In this document: positions 20,601 through 29,951 of the stretch, piece by piece
Numbering within the stretch: the stretch's first letter is position 1
Layout: the number at the start of each line of letters is the position of its first letter
IMG/VR virus record: IMGVR_UViG_3300005077_000003
Location: 96,001-160,000 of that record
Length of the DNA: 64,000 bases
From: a virus
Strand: one strand, 5' to 3'
Notes under the pieces: generated by a model
Database searches by the model: none
Seen by the model: the letters and a program-made list of their open reading frames with translations, nothing else
What the model was told of the DNA's origin: nothing
Translations under genes and position numbers: made by a program

Positions 20601-22767
20601 TGACCACGTCAGAATGAGCGTAAGAGATAGTGCTGACGTGCTTACAGACATATTTACACTTGGTAGTAAAGACACACCAGGTCTCCTATCCCATAAGAAT
20701 GCGCCAAAGCCATTTGCTCCAGTCGCTAGTGGAGTATCCCATTGGGAGCTTGCACATATATATAGATTTGATGAGCAATTAGATAAATATAATTTACTGG
20801 ATGACGGGTTTGCTCCTGGCCACGCATTATTAGCGGGGTGGCCGACATTAGCCTCTGGTACTTCAGAACTTGAACCATATGAAGCAGACCCAATATATTT
20901 TATAAGTGAAGATACTGGTCCAGATGGAAGGAGAGCTCTTCGTATAGGTCCAGGTGCACGCATTGATATTCCATGGAATTCATTTGATGAAAGACTATTT
21001 AACGGTCCCTATTCTATGGATTATTCTGGTAATTATATAGTAACAGGTACTTCTCATTATACTGGCTATATGGCAGATAGAGGGTATGCTTTTAGCAGAC
21101 AATGCTCCGACTCTGCTCCAAGAATGGGAGGATGGTTCAAGCTTAATAAATATCCAACCACAGGTATAATGGATCTTTGTACCTTTGATGAGTTTGGAGC
21201 CCCGGAAGATTATGGTAAACATCAAGTTTATATGGGAGTTGATTATACTGGAGGCTTTAAACTTGGTACAAGATATAACTTCTCTACAACAAATGAGGTA
21301 GGCCCATATCATGCCAATGTTGGTGTGCTTGACTTAAATACCTGGTACCATCTTGGTCTCAACTTCTCTTTAAGAGAGAATATGATTGAAGTAGCCAATA
21401 GAAACCTATGGAAACTATACTTAAATGGTGAAAGAGTCTGGCAAGCAAGTATAAGCGCAGGAACCGGGGGTGGTTCAGTATTAAGCCAAGGGCGGGCAAT
21501 GGCTTACCAGGGGATTCAGGGCTATGGAGCAGGCACTAATTTCTCTAAGTTTAGAGTAGGTGGAGACCTTCCCAGAACAGGAGCAACCCATTCTTGGTCA
21601 TACTGCTATGGCGATATAAGCGTACAAGATTTCGTTATAGGATACCAGCTACAGCTAGATGCCACCGGCGATTCAGTAGGAGACACCAGCCAATGGGACT
21701 GGGCAGCCTTAGCAAGCACCGGGCAAAAGTATGGACGAGATGAGATAATGGTAGCCAATGGAACCACAGTAGCTACTATATCTGGTGGTCCTGGTACTGG
21801 TACTGCATACTATCCCGCCACATTATATGAAGATGCTGGTGAGCAATTAGTTTTCTTTACTGTCAATAGAGGTAATGATTATGAGTCTCTATTAAATAGA
21901 GGTTTAGCACTATACCCAGAGGTACCATTTGTTAATGCCGCATCATATTATGTAATATACCAAGATGACAATTCAAGAGAAGTAATAGGATCTACTGATT
22001 CCCCAATACAAATTGGGGATACTGTTCCAAGTGAAGGAGTAAATCTCGCACTTGTAAATATAAGCTCGTGGGATCCAGAGAAGTCTATATCAACATTTAA
22101 TTTGTCAGATAGGACATATAGTAATATTACTCCAAAAATATTTGGCGATAGATACCTATCATTTGATACTATATCTGGTAGTATGATATCACGCCAAGCC
22201 ACTATGACTGATAATGTTAGGGTATCAAGTATCCCAGTATATTCTAATAATAGTAGTATATCAAATCCTGGTTACTTTATGCACCAGATAGGAGATGATA
22301 AAAAGGGCGTATATATTAAGAGTGCATATGGGCATGCCAGTGCTTCAGGTGATTTAGTATTTAGTAATCTTGATAAGATCAATAACGCGATTTCAATAAA
22401 AGATGTTGATGGTAATGAAATTGATTATGAAACATTCTCCTATAAACTAATCGCAACTGGTAGTTTTAATAATATTCAACTTCAAGACGGCACTTTCGCT
22501 GTTACCTTGGTAGGCCAAAAACAAACTATTGGCCAATCTGTATTCATTCATTATCCATCAATAGACTATAGGAATGGTTACATAAACCTACAGGATAAAG
22601 AAGTATATAATCCAATACCAGTTATGAAGCATATTTATACAGATATGTCTACTCCATTTAGTGGAGAGTTTTCTACTAATTATGGAATATTTAAAAACAA
22701 ATTTGATATAACAATATATGGAGCTACCACTGGCGAATTAATGACTGATAACCAAGGATCACTATGA
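17632..22767 (+). CDS. Very large virion protein with two LamG/concanavalin-A-like lectin domains (about 1711 aa)
   Basis: SLLFEGWFRP...WNHIGI...LTLNG and MGGWFK...TWYHLGL...LYLNG. Start moved from 17611 to the ATG at 17632, which makes an ATGA overlap. Confidence 0.7.
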   Translation: MTFHPQYGHWSRETFSDSGGAIYENPGEFEIRGGVTKLIPVNFNTGTYSFNAPWDQVPEWHINSTMDSKSIVTGDFFIYTGTTTSSYGNIGTYYNSAFYTSGNQSCFVLGLGPDGLGSGVTIELDTRSLWAAQSGSLTGTGDCAFYPSIIFARNGTELKYAQIEIRPDGLRIPYISGAYIPGDYNDALRAIRIIKNGDDIILMTQKDEQVLYVNDGMQDYSSAIPNVEDYIAFGSWPQVQSNKYYSGAAGNAKFIDFYTSPNSSGFQGMALWDDVKINTGLAVSIRPEDYFPDYPGGDKVIYTDEWHPSNSITSYQNAFVSVIGTSGGRTKVEVEYLEPLGDYGDKQWTQYSEYLNITSGHNETYYLGLTDIPVQSDKFGNALRFKITSTKAAFDRGVPPEVDTITVIANNNANVGIIKPNWKMSALPKEHIVYPDIIAHDKYIPKPSPQDIWFLHNEDGIDNIACNTYISQAQVGLLSGLVTGTLTDFDTVPQGLVKITDGIYGNAWSNFGYSGEYVAVWESTNSYFTGSSGDGGMAEGELLDIYSIYPTGAMTLAYGTHSVKYSIYKYSDFDGVERKAQKVRVINYNKETTDSSYYDTWVGMHINNMQVPSKTGTQRQFGIIEGIIKIPKGPGVTIALHEGATTSKVFLKGSEYRTPKPFACATKYFKTHTGEGQNGPTYASFGVLPRSTGLSIPNYYEYGEWTEPFDRDRVDEFILYSVTGYIADHSYIIYSGGDVTNWRIGAGITGGAQIALNWGTGWGESGTLGTVQEINENFNEQGYVVDYVPVRRNSLLFEGWFRPYGIRDHTETEQLLASLTDNHASARGMHVYLSRDGSIRTTVQTATCYASFGLMGDSVVASPVTNELNSKEYRVLWGNWNHIGICTEFAAIGDGNIASNQPAAPIDPYTREVLHGARASKIYLTLNGRIVDEVDCCYDTYSKLNYNSGALAAGYPPVDAVKDSLPPLKMLAARTGAFISTIGSGVYTDFDHVRMSVRDSADVLTDIFTLGSKDTPGLLSHKNAPKPFAPVASGVSHWELAHIYRFDEQLDKYNLLDDGFAPGHALLAGWPTLASGTSELEPYEADPIYFISEDTGPDGRRALRIGPGARIDIPWNSFDERLFNGPYSMDYSGNYIVTGTSHYTGYMADRGYAFSRQCSDSAPRMGGWFKLNKYPTTGIMDLCTFDEFGAPEDYGKHQVYMGVDYTGGFKLGTRYNFSTTNEVGPYHANVGVLDLNTWYHLGLNFSLRENMIEVANRNLWKLYLNGERVWQASISAGTGGGSVLSQGRAMAYQGIQGYGAGTNFSKFRVGGDLPRTGATHSWSYCYGDISVQDFVIGYQLQLDATGDSVGDTSQWDWAALASTGQKYGRDEIMVANGTTVATISGGPGTGTAYYPATLYEDAGEQLVFFTVNRGNDYESLLNRGLALYPEVPFVNAASYYVIYQDDNSREVIGSTDSPIQIGDTVPSEGVNLALVNISSWDPEKSISTFNLSDRTYSNITPKIFGDRYLSFDTISGSMISRQATMTDNVRVSSIPVYSNNSSISNPGYFMHQIGDDKKGVYIKSAYGHASASGDLVFSNLDKINNAISIKDVDGNEIDYETFSYKLIATGSFNNIQLQDGTFAVTLVGQKQTIGQSVFIHYPSIDYRNGYINLQDKEVYNPIPVMKHIYTDMSTPFSGEFSTNYGIFKNKFDITIYGATTGELMTDNQGSL

Positions 22768-25700
22768 TATCTAATAGAGCAATAGCACATGCTAGGGAAA
22801 TAATTTTGCCTCATACTACAAGGCCTGTTGGGGTTCTATTATTTACTGATCCACTATATCCAAATAATAGTGTTGATTATAAAGTAAGTTTAACCACAAC
22901 ACAAATTGGTATATATACTAGTGGTCAAGATCCATTTATGGTAGACTACGTTGGTAAAACTATAAAGCAAGTAGCTGCTGAATTAAGCAATTCGCCATTT
23001 CCAATAGAAGTAAAGTCACTTGTAGATATATCTTATTTACAAGAAGGAGAGCTGCTAACAAGTGGGACCACTATACCATCTAGTTTTAGCCTAATAGATA
23101 GAAGTATAGACGGGAAAGGCGCTATAATAAGAGCGCGTCGCTGGTCAATTAGTTATAATAAACAAACAACAGTAGAAGTAAAAGCGCCGTACAACACAGG
23201 TTCTGTGCAGCCATGGTATGCAAGAATTAGCAATGGTTCATTTTCTAAAATAGAGAATGCCACATTATATTACTTTGGCGTACCAGAATATAAAAACCAA
23301 GCATGGTCTACCAGATTTGGTTATCCCTTTGTAGACGTAGAAGGAGAGAGAGTTAATTTAGTAGGTGATAAAAAAATAAGAACTAATAGGTCACCTATAT
23401 ATTGGAAAGGTAACAATATAGTTATTACAGATATATCTGGTAGTAGAGTATATCCATCTACTATTATAAAAGATGTTGATACTATTAATGGAATAATCTA
23501 TTTAACAGATGGTGCTAGGGTTGGCAGCAATGCATTAATTCACTATACATATAAAGAAGATAATCTAATATATAGGGGGGTGAATTTAAATGCACATTTC
23601 TCACAGAATCCGCAGATTCTTGATATGTATGTTGTATACTATGCGCTACCAATAAAATCTACTGCAGGTGGGGAGAGAGAAAAAGGTATATATCATTCTA
23701 TTGGTAATAGTATACCAGAAGCAATTAATAATATAACAGATGTATCTATGGCAGAAGCTATTGCTATACTTGGAGCAATACATGTTACATCTAATTTGGG
23801 ATATGAAGAATCAAATATAATTGATACAAGAAGTTATGGCGGCGGCCTTACTGAAGATAGAGTTGGTAAACTAGCAGAGAAAAGATTCCCGCAAACTCAA
23901 TACTTTAATGATCTAAGCACATATGATGGTATACCATATCATGGATCTGCAGCAGTTGTGGTAGAACTACCAAAAGAAATTACTAACGTAATGTCATTGG
24001 AAGACTTGAAAAGAGCTACCAAAAAGTTTATTGCTGCAGGTGTATATGTAATCATGGACTATGAGAACATATCAAATATATGGTATCCAACTGAAAGAAC
24101 GCCTGATATATCGCAGGTAAGTTTTGGGCTTAGAAGAAGGGCCGAACCAGAAAGAAGAAACTATCTTGACTTTACAACTACCTGGTATGACTCTGGTGAT
24201 GCAATTGCTGCTGGGTTCGGATCAAGCTGGGCATATCAATATCAGGTTAAGCTAGCTGTTAGGGGTAACCCTTTATATTATACACTATATAATGATGTAG
24301 AAAGATCAGATGGACAAGTACCAACATGGAAGCTATGGATACAAAGCGGTCAAGGCGGCGGTCTTGATGCCTACCATGTTATGTGGGGATATGTAAGAAA
24401 AGATTGGGGGTACCCATATAACTGGGAAACAGAACACTCATTTGGTCATGATACTCCATACTATGATCCTCTAGTAATAGGATATGCAACAGATTACAAT
24501 ACAATTTCTGTAGAAGTTAAAGAGCCTGAAACTGATGCTGCAGAATATTTCTCTATTTCAATGGAAGTTAGGGGAACAACAGGAACCCCAACTATAGTAA
24601 AGAAAGATTTCTGGGGTGCATGTTTTAAATGGGTAAATGGAGTTCCTGTATGGAACAATAGTTTAGCTGCCGGTGCACTTAATAAGAACCTCCCTTCTGG
24701 TAGTTCTTTTGTTAAGTATGTTAGAGATGGTTGGTATAGATGCGGTATAACTGTACACTTAACAGGAAGTGATCTTGATTATTTTAGTGGTGATTATAGG
24801 CAACTATTCCTCCGCCCTAATGATCCAGGAAGCGTTGGTCCTGTTTTACCAGGTATTGGAGATTTTGGTAAAGGAACTTACTTTGCTAGACCTCAAGTTC
24901 AGGATACTCCAAACTTCACCTATTATCAAGAGATACCTGGCATGTGGGATGTTACTCTTAAAGATGATGATCCACGCAAAGATAGTTTTCATACACTATT
25001 AGATAAACAAGTAGGACCAACAGGTACTGCACCAGGTTGGATCAACTCTAGGTTAAGACTCCCTAATGATATAACAACTGGTTATAATGCATTAACATAT
25101 GATTGTACTCCTGATGTAAAAAATAATCATATACATATAGAGCCGGGCCAAACTTATTATGTAAAATATCTGCGTAGCTCTCCACATGCGAACTTCTCTT
25201 GGGAAGAGCTAAATAATGAAGGTAAGTGGGTAAGCAAAACACATATAGATAAAAGAGATGTACCTGCTAATACTATAGCTGCTGGTAAGATAACTTTCTC
25301 AAGTAGAGCCGAGAAAGAGATCCGCAATTTTTCTGGTATTGCCCCGTTTAAAGCAAACACTATTGATAGCTTAATAGATAAAATAATACCAGAAGTACAT
25401 CAAATATATTTAGACCTATCCGCGCTTAGTCTTACAGGTACTTCATACCAAGTAGCCACAGGTGTGGTATCAAATATATCAGACGGTACAATATCATTAC
25501 CAAACGTAGGAACAACAACAGAACTGCTAACAGATTTGTCATACAAACAATTTTTACTTAATACCTATAACATAGGTAGTATGGTTGCTAACTATAAATC
25601 TGTTGCTCTTAGTACAAATCCTTTAGCCGTAGGAAGGGCGCTCTTATTTGCCAGCGGAGTTCTATACACAAGTGATTATCCAAGAAGATATGATTGGAAC

Positions 25701-27044
25701 ACTAAAACACTTATACCACATATAAATACTCCATATGATTTTATGGATGAACTATATACATATTCAAAATACACACAAGATGTAATTAATGAATATGTAT
25801 ATGGAAGATATTATCCAACATCTACTGCGCCAACAGAAGCAGATCCTTTATTAGCAGTTGTACAATCTGGTATATTTGCTTTAGCCACTCAGTTTGAAGA
25901 AGACACTACTGCTCCAGGCGGATGGGATATTGGTGGTCAAATAAGATCTCCATTCTTTAGAGCCTCATCTACAACAGAATATCCTTTAAGCGGAGATTAC
26001 GCGGAAACAGCTGAAGACATAAGCAATATGTATCTATCAACTGATTACGTAAGAGCGTATGCAAAACTTTATACTGCCCAAGATAGACATACTAATGCAG
26101 AGTTTGCAAATGCTACAAGTATACAATATAATATATCACCGCTTAATATCGCGGTATCAGGCATAAATTCAGCTATACATCATTTTGAAAGATATTACTT
26201 TGCTCCTAGGTTTAGTGGAGAATACAAAACCCTAAACTGGCTATATACATATAATAGACACGGGAAATTAGCTGGCAGATTTGTAAGGAACATAACATCT
26301 GCTATTGATGATATCTATTTTGGAAATGGAGAATGGGCTGGTTGGTATGGCGAAAAAGGCGGCGGCTATGCAGGCCCTCCACAACAGTTTGAAGACACTA
26401 GATTTAGCGGCCAATTTAGTAGACCAGAAGGCGGAAGTGTAGTACTATCAGGGCATTTCCCGCTTATGATAAGTGGATATAAGCAAATTCTTGATGAAAT
26501 GCGCCCGCTTGTTGAAGCAAATATGCAGTTTGGTGGTATTACAACACCTGAAATGGTAGACTTAATAAGAGGCTATCTATGGATACCAAGGCGTGCTGCA
26601 AGGAATTACCCGTACTTTGTTGATGCATTCAATCAAGATGATATTGATACATTTGAATTAGGTATGACATCATTACTAAAAGGGTCTTTTACAGAAGACG
26701 GACAATTCTTTGAAAGTACCTCTTTCAAGCATGAGCCAGTAGGGCAGCCATATTTCCCAGTAGAAGTATTTAAGGGAGCTGTTGATGCAGTAGAGTACTA
26801 TAGACAAATAGATGATTCTTACAATGAAGCTAGGTGGATAGCCATATTAGATGGTATGTGGAATACAGCTACTGGCCTATATAAGAATACCTATGGATAT
26901 CCAACAATGCTAACCTTTGATAATAGTGGTGATTCTGGATCTAAATTACTTGAAGCTGCCCTACCTATATTATCTCTTAAGCCCGATCAATATACTAGTG
27001 GAGATCTGTTCACATTAACTGGTGGTATGTCATCTAGGATATAA
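22764..27044 (+). CDS. Very large virion protein with an internal head-spike/CBM-like module (1426 aa)
   Basis: DGWYRCGITV...YFARPQVQ resembles the GWYRC motif of phage spike-fibre CBM-like domains; ATGA and TAATG overlaps. Confidence 0.55.
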   Translation: MISNRAIAHAREIILPHTTRPVGVLLFTDPLYPNNSVDYKVSLTTTQIGIYTSGQDPFMVDYVGKTIKQVAAELSNSPFPIEVKSLVDISYLQEGELLTSGTTIPSSFSLIDRSIDGKGAIIRARRWSISYNKQTTVEVKAPYNTGSVQPWYARISNGSFSKIENATLYYFGVPEYKNQAWSTRFGYPFVDVEGERVNLVGDKKIRTNRSPIYWKGNNIVITDISGSRVYPSTIIKDVDTINGIIYLTDGARVGSNALIHYTYKEDNLIYRGVNLNAHFSQNPQILDMYVVYYALPIKSTAGGEREKGIYHSIGNSIPEAINNITDVSMAEAIAILGAIHVTSNLGYEESNIIDTRSYGGGLTEDRVGKLAEKRFPQTQYFNDLSTYDGIPYHGSAAVVVELPKEITNVMSLEDLKRATKKFIAAGVYVIMDYENISNIWYPTERTPDISQVSFGLRRRAEPERRNYLDFTTTWYDSGDAIAAGFGSSWAYQYQVKLAVRGNPLYYTLYNDVERSDGQVPTWKLWIQSGQGGGLDAYHVMWGYVRKDWGYPYNWETEHSFGHDTPYYDPLVIGYATDYNTISVEVKEPETDAAEYFSISMEVRGTTGTPTIVKKDFWGACFKWVNGVPVWNNSLAAGALNKNLPSGSSFVKYVRDGWYRCGITVHLTGSDLDYFSGDYRQLFLRPNDPGSVGPVLPGIGDFGKGTYFARPQVQDTPNFTYYQEIPGMWDVTLKDDDPRKDSFHTLLDKQVGPTGTAPGWINSRLRLPNDITTGYNALTYDCTPDVKNNHIHIEPGQTYYVKYLRSSPHANFSWEELNNEGKWVSKTHIDKRDVPANTIAAGKITFSSRAEKEIRNFSGIAPFKANTIDSLIDKIIPEVHQIYLDLSALSLTGTSYQVATGVVSNISDGTISLPNVGTTTELLTDLSYKQFLLNTYNIGSMVANYKSVALSTNPLAVGRALLFASGVLYTSDYPRRYDWNTKTLIPHINTPYDFMDELYTYSKYTQDVINEYVYGRYYPTSTAPTEADPLLAVVQSGIFALATQFEEDTTAPGGWDIGGQIRSPFFRASSTTEYPLSGDYAETAEDISNMYLSTDYVRAYAKLYTAQDRHTNAEFANATSIQYNISPLNIAVSGINSAIHHFERYYFAPRFSGEYKTLNWLYTYNRHGKLAGRFVRNITSAIDDIYFGNGEWAGWYGEKGGGYAGPPQQFEDTRFSGQFSRPEGGSVVLSGHFPLMISGYKQILDEMRPLVEANMQFGGITTPEMVDLIRGYLWIPRRAARNYPYFVDAFNQDDIDTFELGMTSLLKGSFTEDGQFFESTSFKHEPVGQPYFPVEVFKGAVDAVEYYRQIDDSYNEARWIAILDGMWNTATGLYKNTYGYPTMLTFDNSGDSGSKLLEAALPILSLKPDQYTSGDLFTLTGGMSSRI

Positions 27045-29803
27045 TGGAAATACTAAAGAAAATATTTTCTGCAATACCAGCAGGACATCAAGCTGCAATT
27101 AAGCAAGTAATGCTTGCTATAAGGAAATCTAGTGAAGATAAAACTTCACGAGAATTACAATTTGATGCCAAAAGATTGGTAAATATGGTTAAGGGTAATA
27201 AATCAGTATATAATCCAATATATGCTAATACTCTTACTGTAATAAGTTCTGATGTACACAATCAGAATATGGAAGGTGCTTATATAGATCTAAAAACTCT
27301 ATATACAGAATCTGCGCATATAGGGAATATACAAAGCTATCAGAAAGCATCAATTGAAAGTAATTTCTCCAAAGCTAGGGCGGCTATTCTTAAACTAATA
27401 AATGATGCTCGCATATTTACGCTTAGAACAAGATACCAAGAGTTTGATGATATTAAACTAGTTAATTTTAATATTGCACGTAATGAAACCAAGCTAACAC
27501 CAACCGCAATAATTGATCAAGAAAGCAGACTACTTAAACTTCCCGAAGTAGCCAAAGTAAGAAACCATATTAAGAGGAGAGGCCAGCGCAATACAAAAGC
27601 TTCTGTTGAATTATTAAGCGCTGGTCAAAAGGGACTTCTTTCAACCCAGTTTTCCCCAGACTTAGCCCTTGATAGTAAAACAGAAACATTCTGGGGAGAG
27701 ATAATATATTCTTCAGAACCACTTCAAACAACTTATACGCGCATAAATATATCTGGACATGGATATCAAAATGAATTTGTAACAGGTCCAGTAGTAAAAT
27801 TCAAAATAGAATTCAGCTCTGCAGAATCAATAAATCAAATAAAAATTCTACCATTTGCACCAACAGCCGTAAAAGTATTAGATATAACATATAAACCATC
27901 TAGTGCATCAACCGTAAAATATCCAATACCAGACTTTACTGTTGAAGAAAGCTTAGACTGGATAGAATATAATTTTGATAGAATTTATGCAAAAGAAATT
28001 GAAATAGTTTTTGCACAAGAAAGTTACCGCGAATATATTATCCATGCACCAAAGCATGTTTTATACTCCACTGACTTTTTCCTACGTCTTTTAGAAGAGC
28101 GCAAATTACAACTACAAGAAATACCAGACTTAGACTCTATAGATATTGGTGGCAATCATGAAATTTATAATCAGGCAATAGAAGATTTATCTAGTTTAAT
28201 ACTAGAAAAAGAATTAGATAAATCACCAAGTACAGAATTAGATTTAGCCGGCAAAGTTATAATGTCTATAGGCGAGGCATTGGCCAGCTTTAGCCCTGAT
28301 GTAGCAACCTTATTAGAAGATGTATCAAACTATACGGCTGCATTACCAAAAGAAATATCTGATAAAATAGAAACCATAACAAAGTATGAGTATATATTAG
28401 GGGCTAAAGAAATACAAGTAAATTATGTTGTATACTCTCCTTATGGGATATATCAGTCACCAGAGTTTGATACTGCGGCAACAGTAGTTTCTGCGCAATT
28501 ATTAGTAGAAGAATCACACCCATCTTCTGTATCAATTAATGGATCAAGACCAAATACCTCAACAGAATGGGAGGTCGAATTTTCTAGTGATAGAAAGGTT
28601 CCTATATATCCCGCAAATAATGTTGAGAATGGATTCCTGCCAGTAATAGGGGAAAGATTAATACTAGACCCAATAACAAAGCTGGGCTTGTCAAGATTCT
28701 CTGCCCATATGAGTACGGTTGCTGTGAGAGAAAATGGTAGACTTTTAGATCCTTATTGGGGATATAGTTCTGTATGGTCATCTGATTATGATGGCAGATT
28801 ACAGATAACTATAACAGAAACAGAGTACGATAGTAATGCAGTATATACTATAGATTATTATGCCGCGCCATCTTCAAAAGAAATAGATGTGCTATCTAGA
28901 TATGATGCGAAAAAAATTCCGTCTCCTGATTCATATGATAAAACAGATTCTGATAAGAAAGTAGTAACCAGCTATTTCCCATTTGTAGATTATAATATAA
29001 TTAACTCTGATGTATTCTTAAAAGATACAGATACAAATGACTATAAATATATTGCACCAACAGGCGTATATAATCTTGGGCTATTACGAGTAAATCCAAA
29101 CTGGGTATTTGCATCTGGAATAGTACCTGATTCTGTTATATCTGGGAGTAACCAAGTAGTATTACAAACTGGGTGGGTTACAACAGGGGACTTTTCTGTA
29201 CTTGATAGTGCATATCTAACAAATCCATATAGGTACTACTTAAAAATACAGAACTATGAAACTCCATTTGAAGTACAGTCTATTGACAGTTCAACCGGCC
29301 TATCTCTTACAAGAGTTCCATTAATAAGCTCTGGAGAAATAGGGGATACTATTGATAGTCAGTATTTTATTGGGAATGCCCTATCTGGCACTACATGGCC
29401 CGACGTTACTAGCGGCCTTACTGGATATCTTGAAGTACCATATGAGCTCCATGTTGTATATAAAAATGGCGATGAACTATTCGGATTTGACCACCTAACT
29501 TATGCTCCTATCACGGTTTATATCGGTGGTAGTAGAGCAAAAAATATTTCAGACTATGAAAATCTAGAGCAGCCGGCATTTACTGTATCAGAAAGTAATG
29601 ATGATGAGTACGAATTTATTCATGATGGTAAAAATATTTACTTCAATCAAGGAATATCTAGTACTGAAATACTAGTAGATTATAAGAAAATAATAGACTA
29701 TATAAGAGTAAACTGCATTCTTAGGTCTAATAAGATTATAAATCCTAACGTTAGTCCGCAAGTAAACGAGTATACTCTTATGCTCAATACAACAGTACTG
29801 TAA
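27044..29803 (+). CDS. Virion structural protein, paralogue family member 1 (919 aa)
   Basis: Helical N-terminus, galactose-binding-like beta-sandwich (YEYILGAKEI), C-terminal SPQVNEYTL; motifs shared with downstream paralogues. Confidence 0.65.
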   Translation: MEILKKIFSAIPAGHQAAIKQVMLAIRKSSEDKTSRELQFDAKRLVNMVKGNKSVYNPIYANTLTVISSDVHNQNMEGAYIDLKTLYTESAHIGNIQSYQKASIESNFSKARAAILKLINDARIFTLRTRYQEFDDIKLVNFNIARNETKLTPTAIIDQESRLLKLPEVAKVRNHIKRRGQRNTKASVELLSAGQKGLLSTQFSPDLALDSKTETFWGEIIYSSEPLQTTYTRINISGHGYQNEFVTGPVVKFKIEFSSAESINQIKILPFAPTAVKVLDITYKPSSASTVKYPIPDFTVEESLDWIEYNFDRIYAKEIEIVFAQESYREYIIHAPKHVLYSTDFFLRLLEERKLQLQEIPDLDSIDIGGNHEIYNQAIEDLSSLILEKELDKSPSTELDLAGKVIMSIGEALASFSPDVATLLEDVSNYTAALPKEISDKIETITKYEYILGAKEIQVNYVVYSPYGIYQSPEFDTAATVVSAQLLVEESHPSSVSINGSRPNTSTEWEVEFSSDRKVPIYPANNVENGFLPVIGERLILDPITKLGLSRFSAHMSTVAVRENGRLLDPYWGYSSVWSSDYDGRLQITITETEYDSNAVYTIDYYAAPSSKEIDVLSRYDAKKIPSPDSYDKTDSDKKVVTSYFPFVDYNIINSDVFLKDTDTNDYKYIAPTGVYNLGLLRVNPNWVFASGIVPDSVISGSNQVVLQTGWVTTGDFSVLDSAYLTNPYRYYLKIQNYETPFEVQSIDSSTGLSLTRVPLISSGEIGDTIDSQYFIGNALSGTTWPDVTSGLTGYLEVPYELHVVYKNGDELFGFDHLTYAPITVYIGGSRAKNISDYENLEQPAFTVSESNDDEYEFIHDGKNIYFNQGISSTEILVDYKKIIDYIRVNCILRSNKIINPNVSPQVNEYTLMLNTTVL

Positions 29804-29804
29804 A

Positions 29805-29951
29805 ATATGGAGTACTTGTAGAGATTTACTAAATCTTAGTGGCGGTGTATATTCAGTAGACATACATCCAAGTGGCTCTTATGCAGTAGTTTCAAATAGC
29901 AACACATTCTCCTACAATAGTGTTGGAGACATAATTTGTATTAACCTATAA
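29805..29951 (+). CDS. Unannotated 48-codon mini-ORF lacking a canonical start in frame
   Basis: Frame ATA TGG AGT ACT TGT...AAC CTA TAA fills the whole gap, and its TAA overlaps the next ATG. An ATG at 29807 is one base out of frame. Confidence 0.4.
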   Translation: MWSTCRDLLNLSGGVYSVDIHPSGSYAVVSNSNTFSYNSVGDIICINL

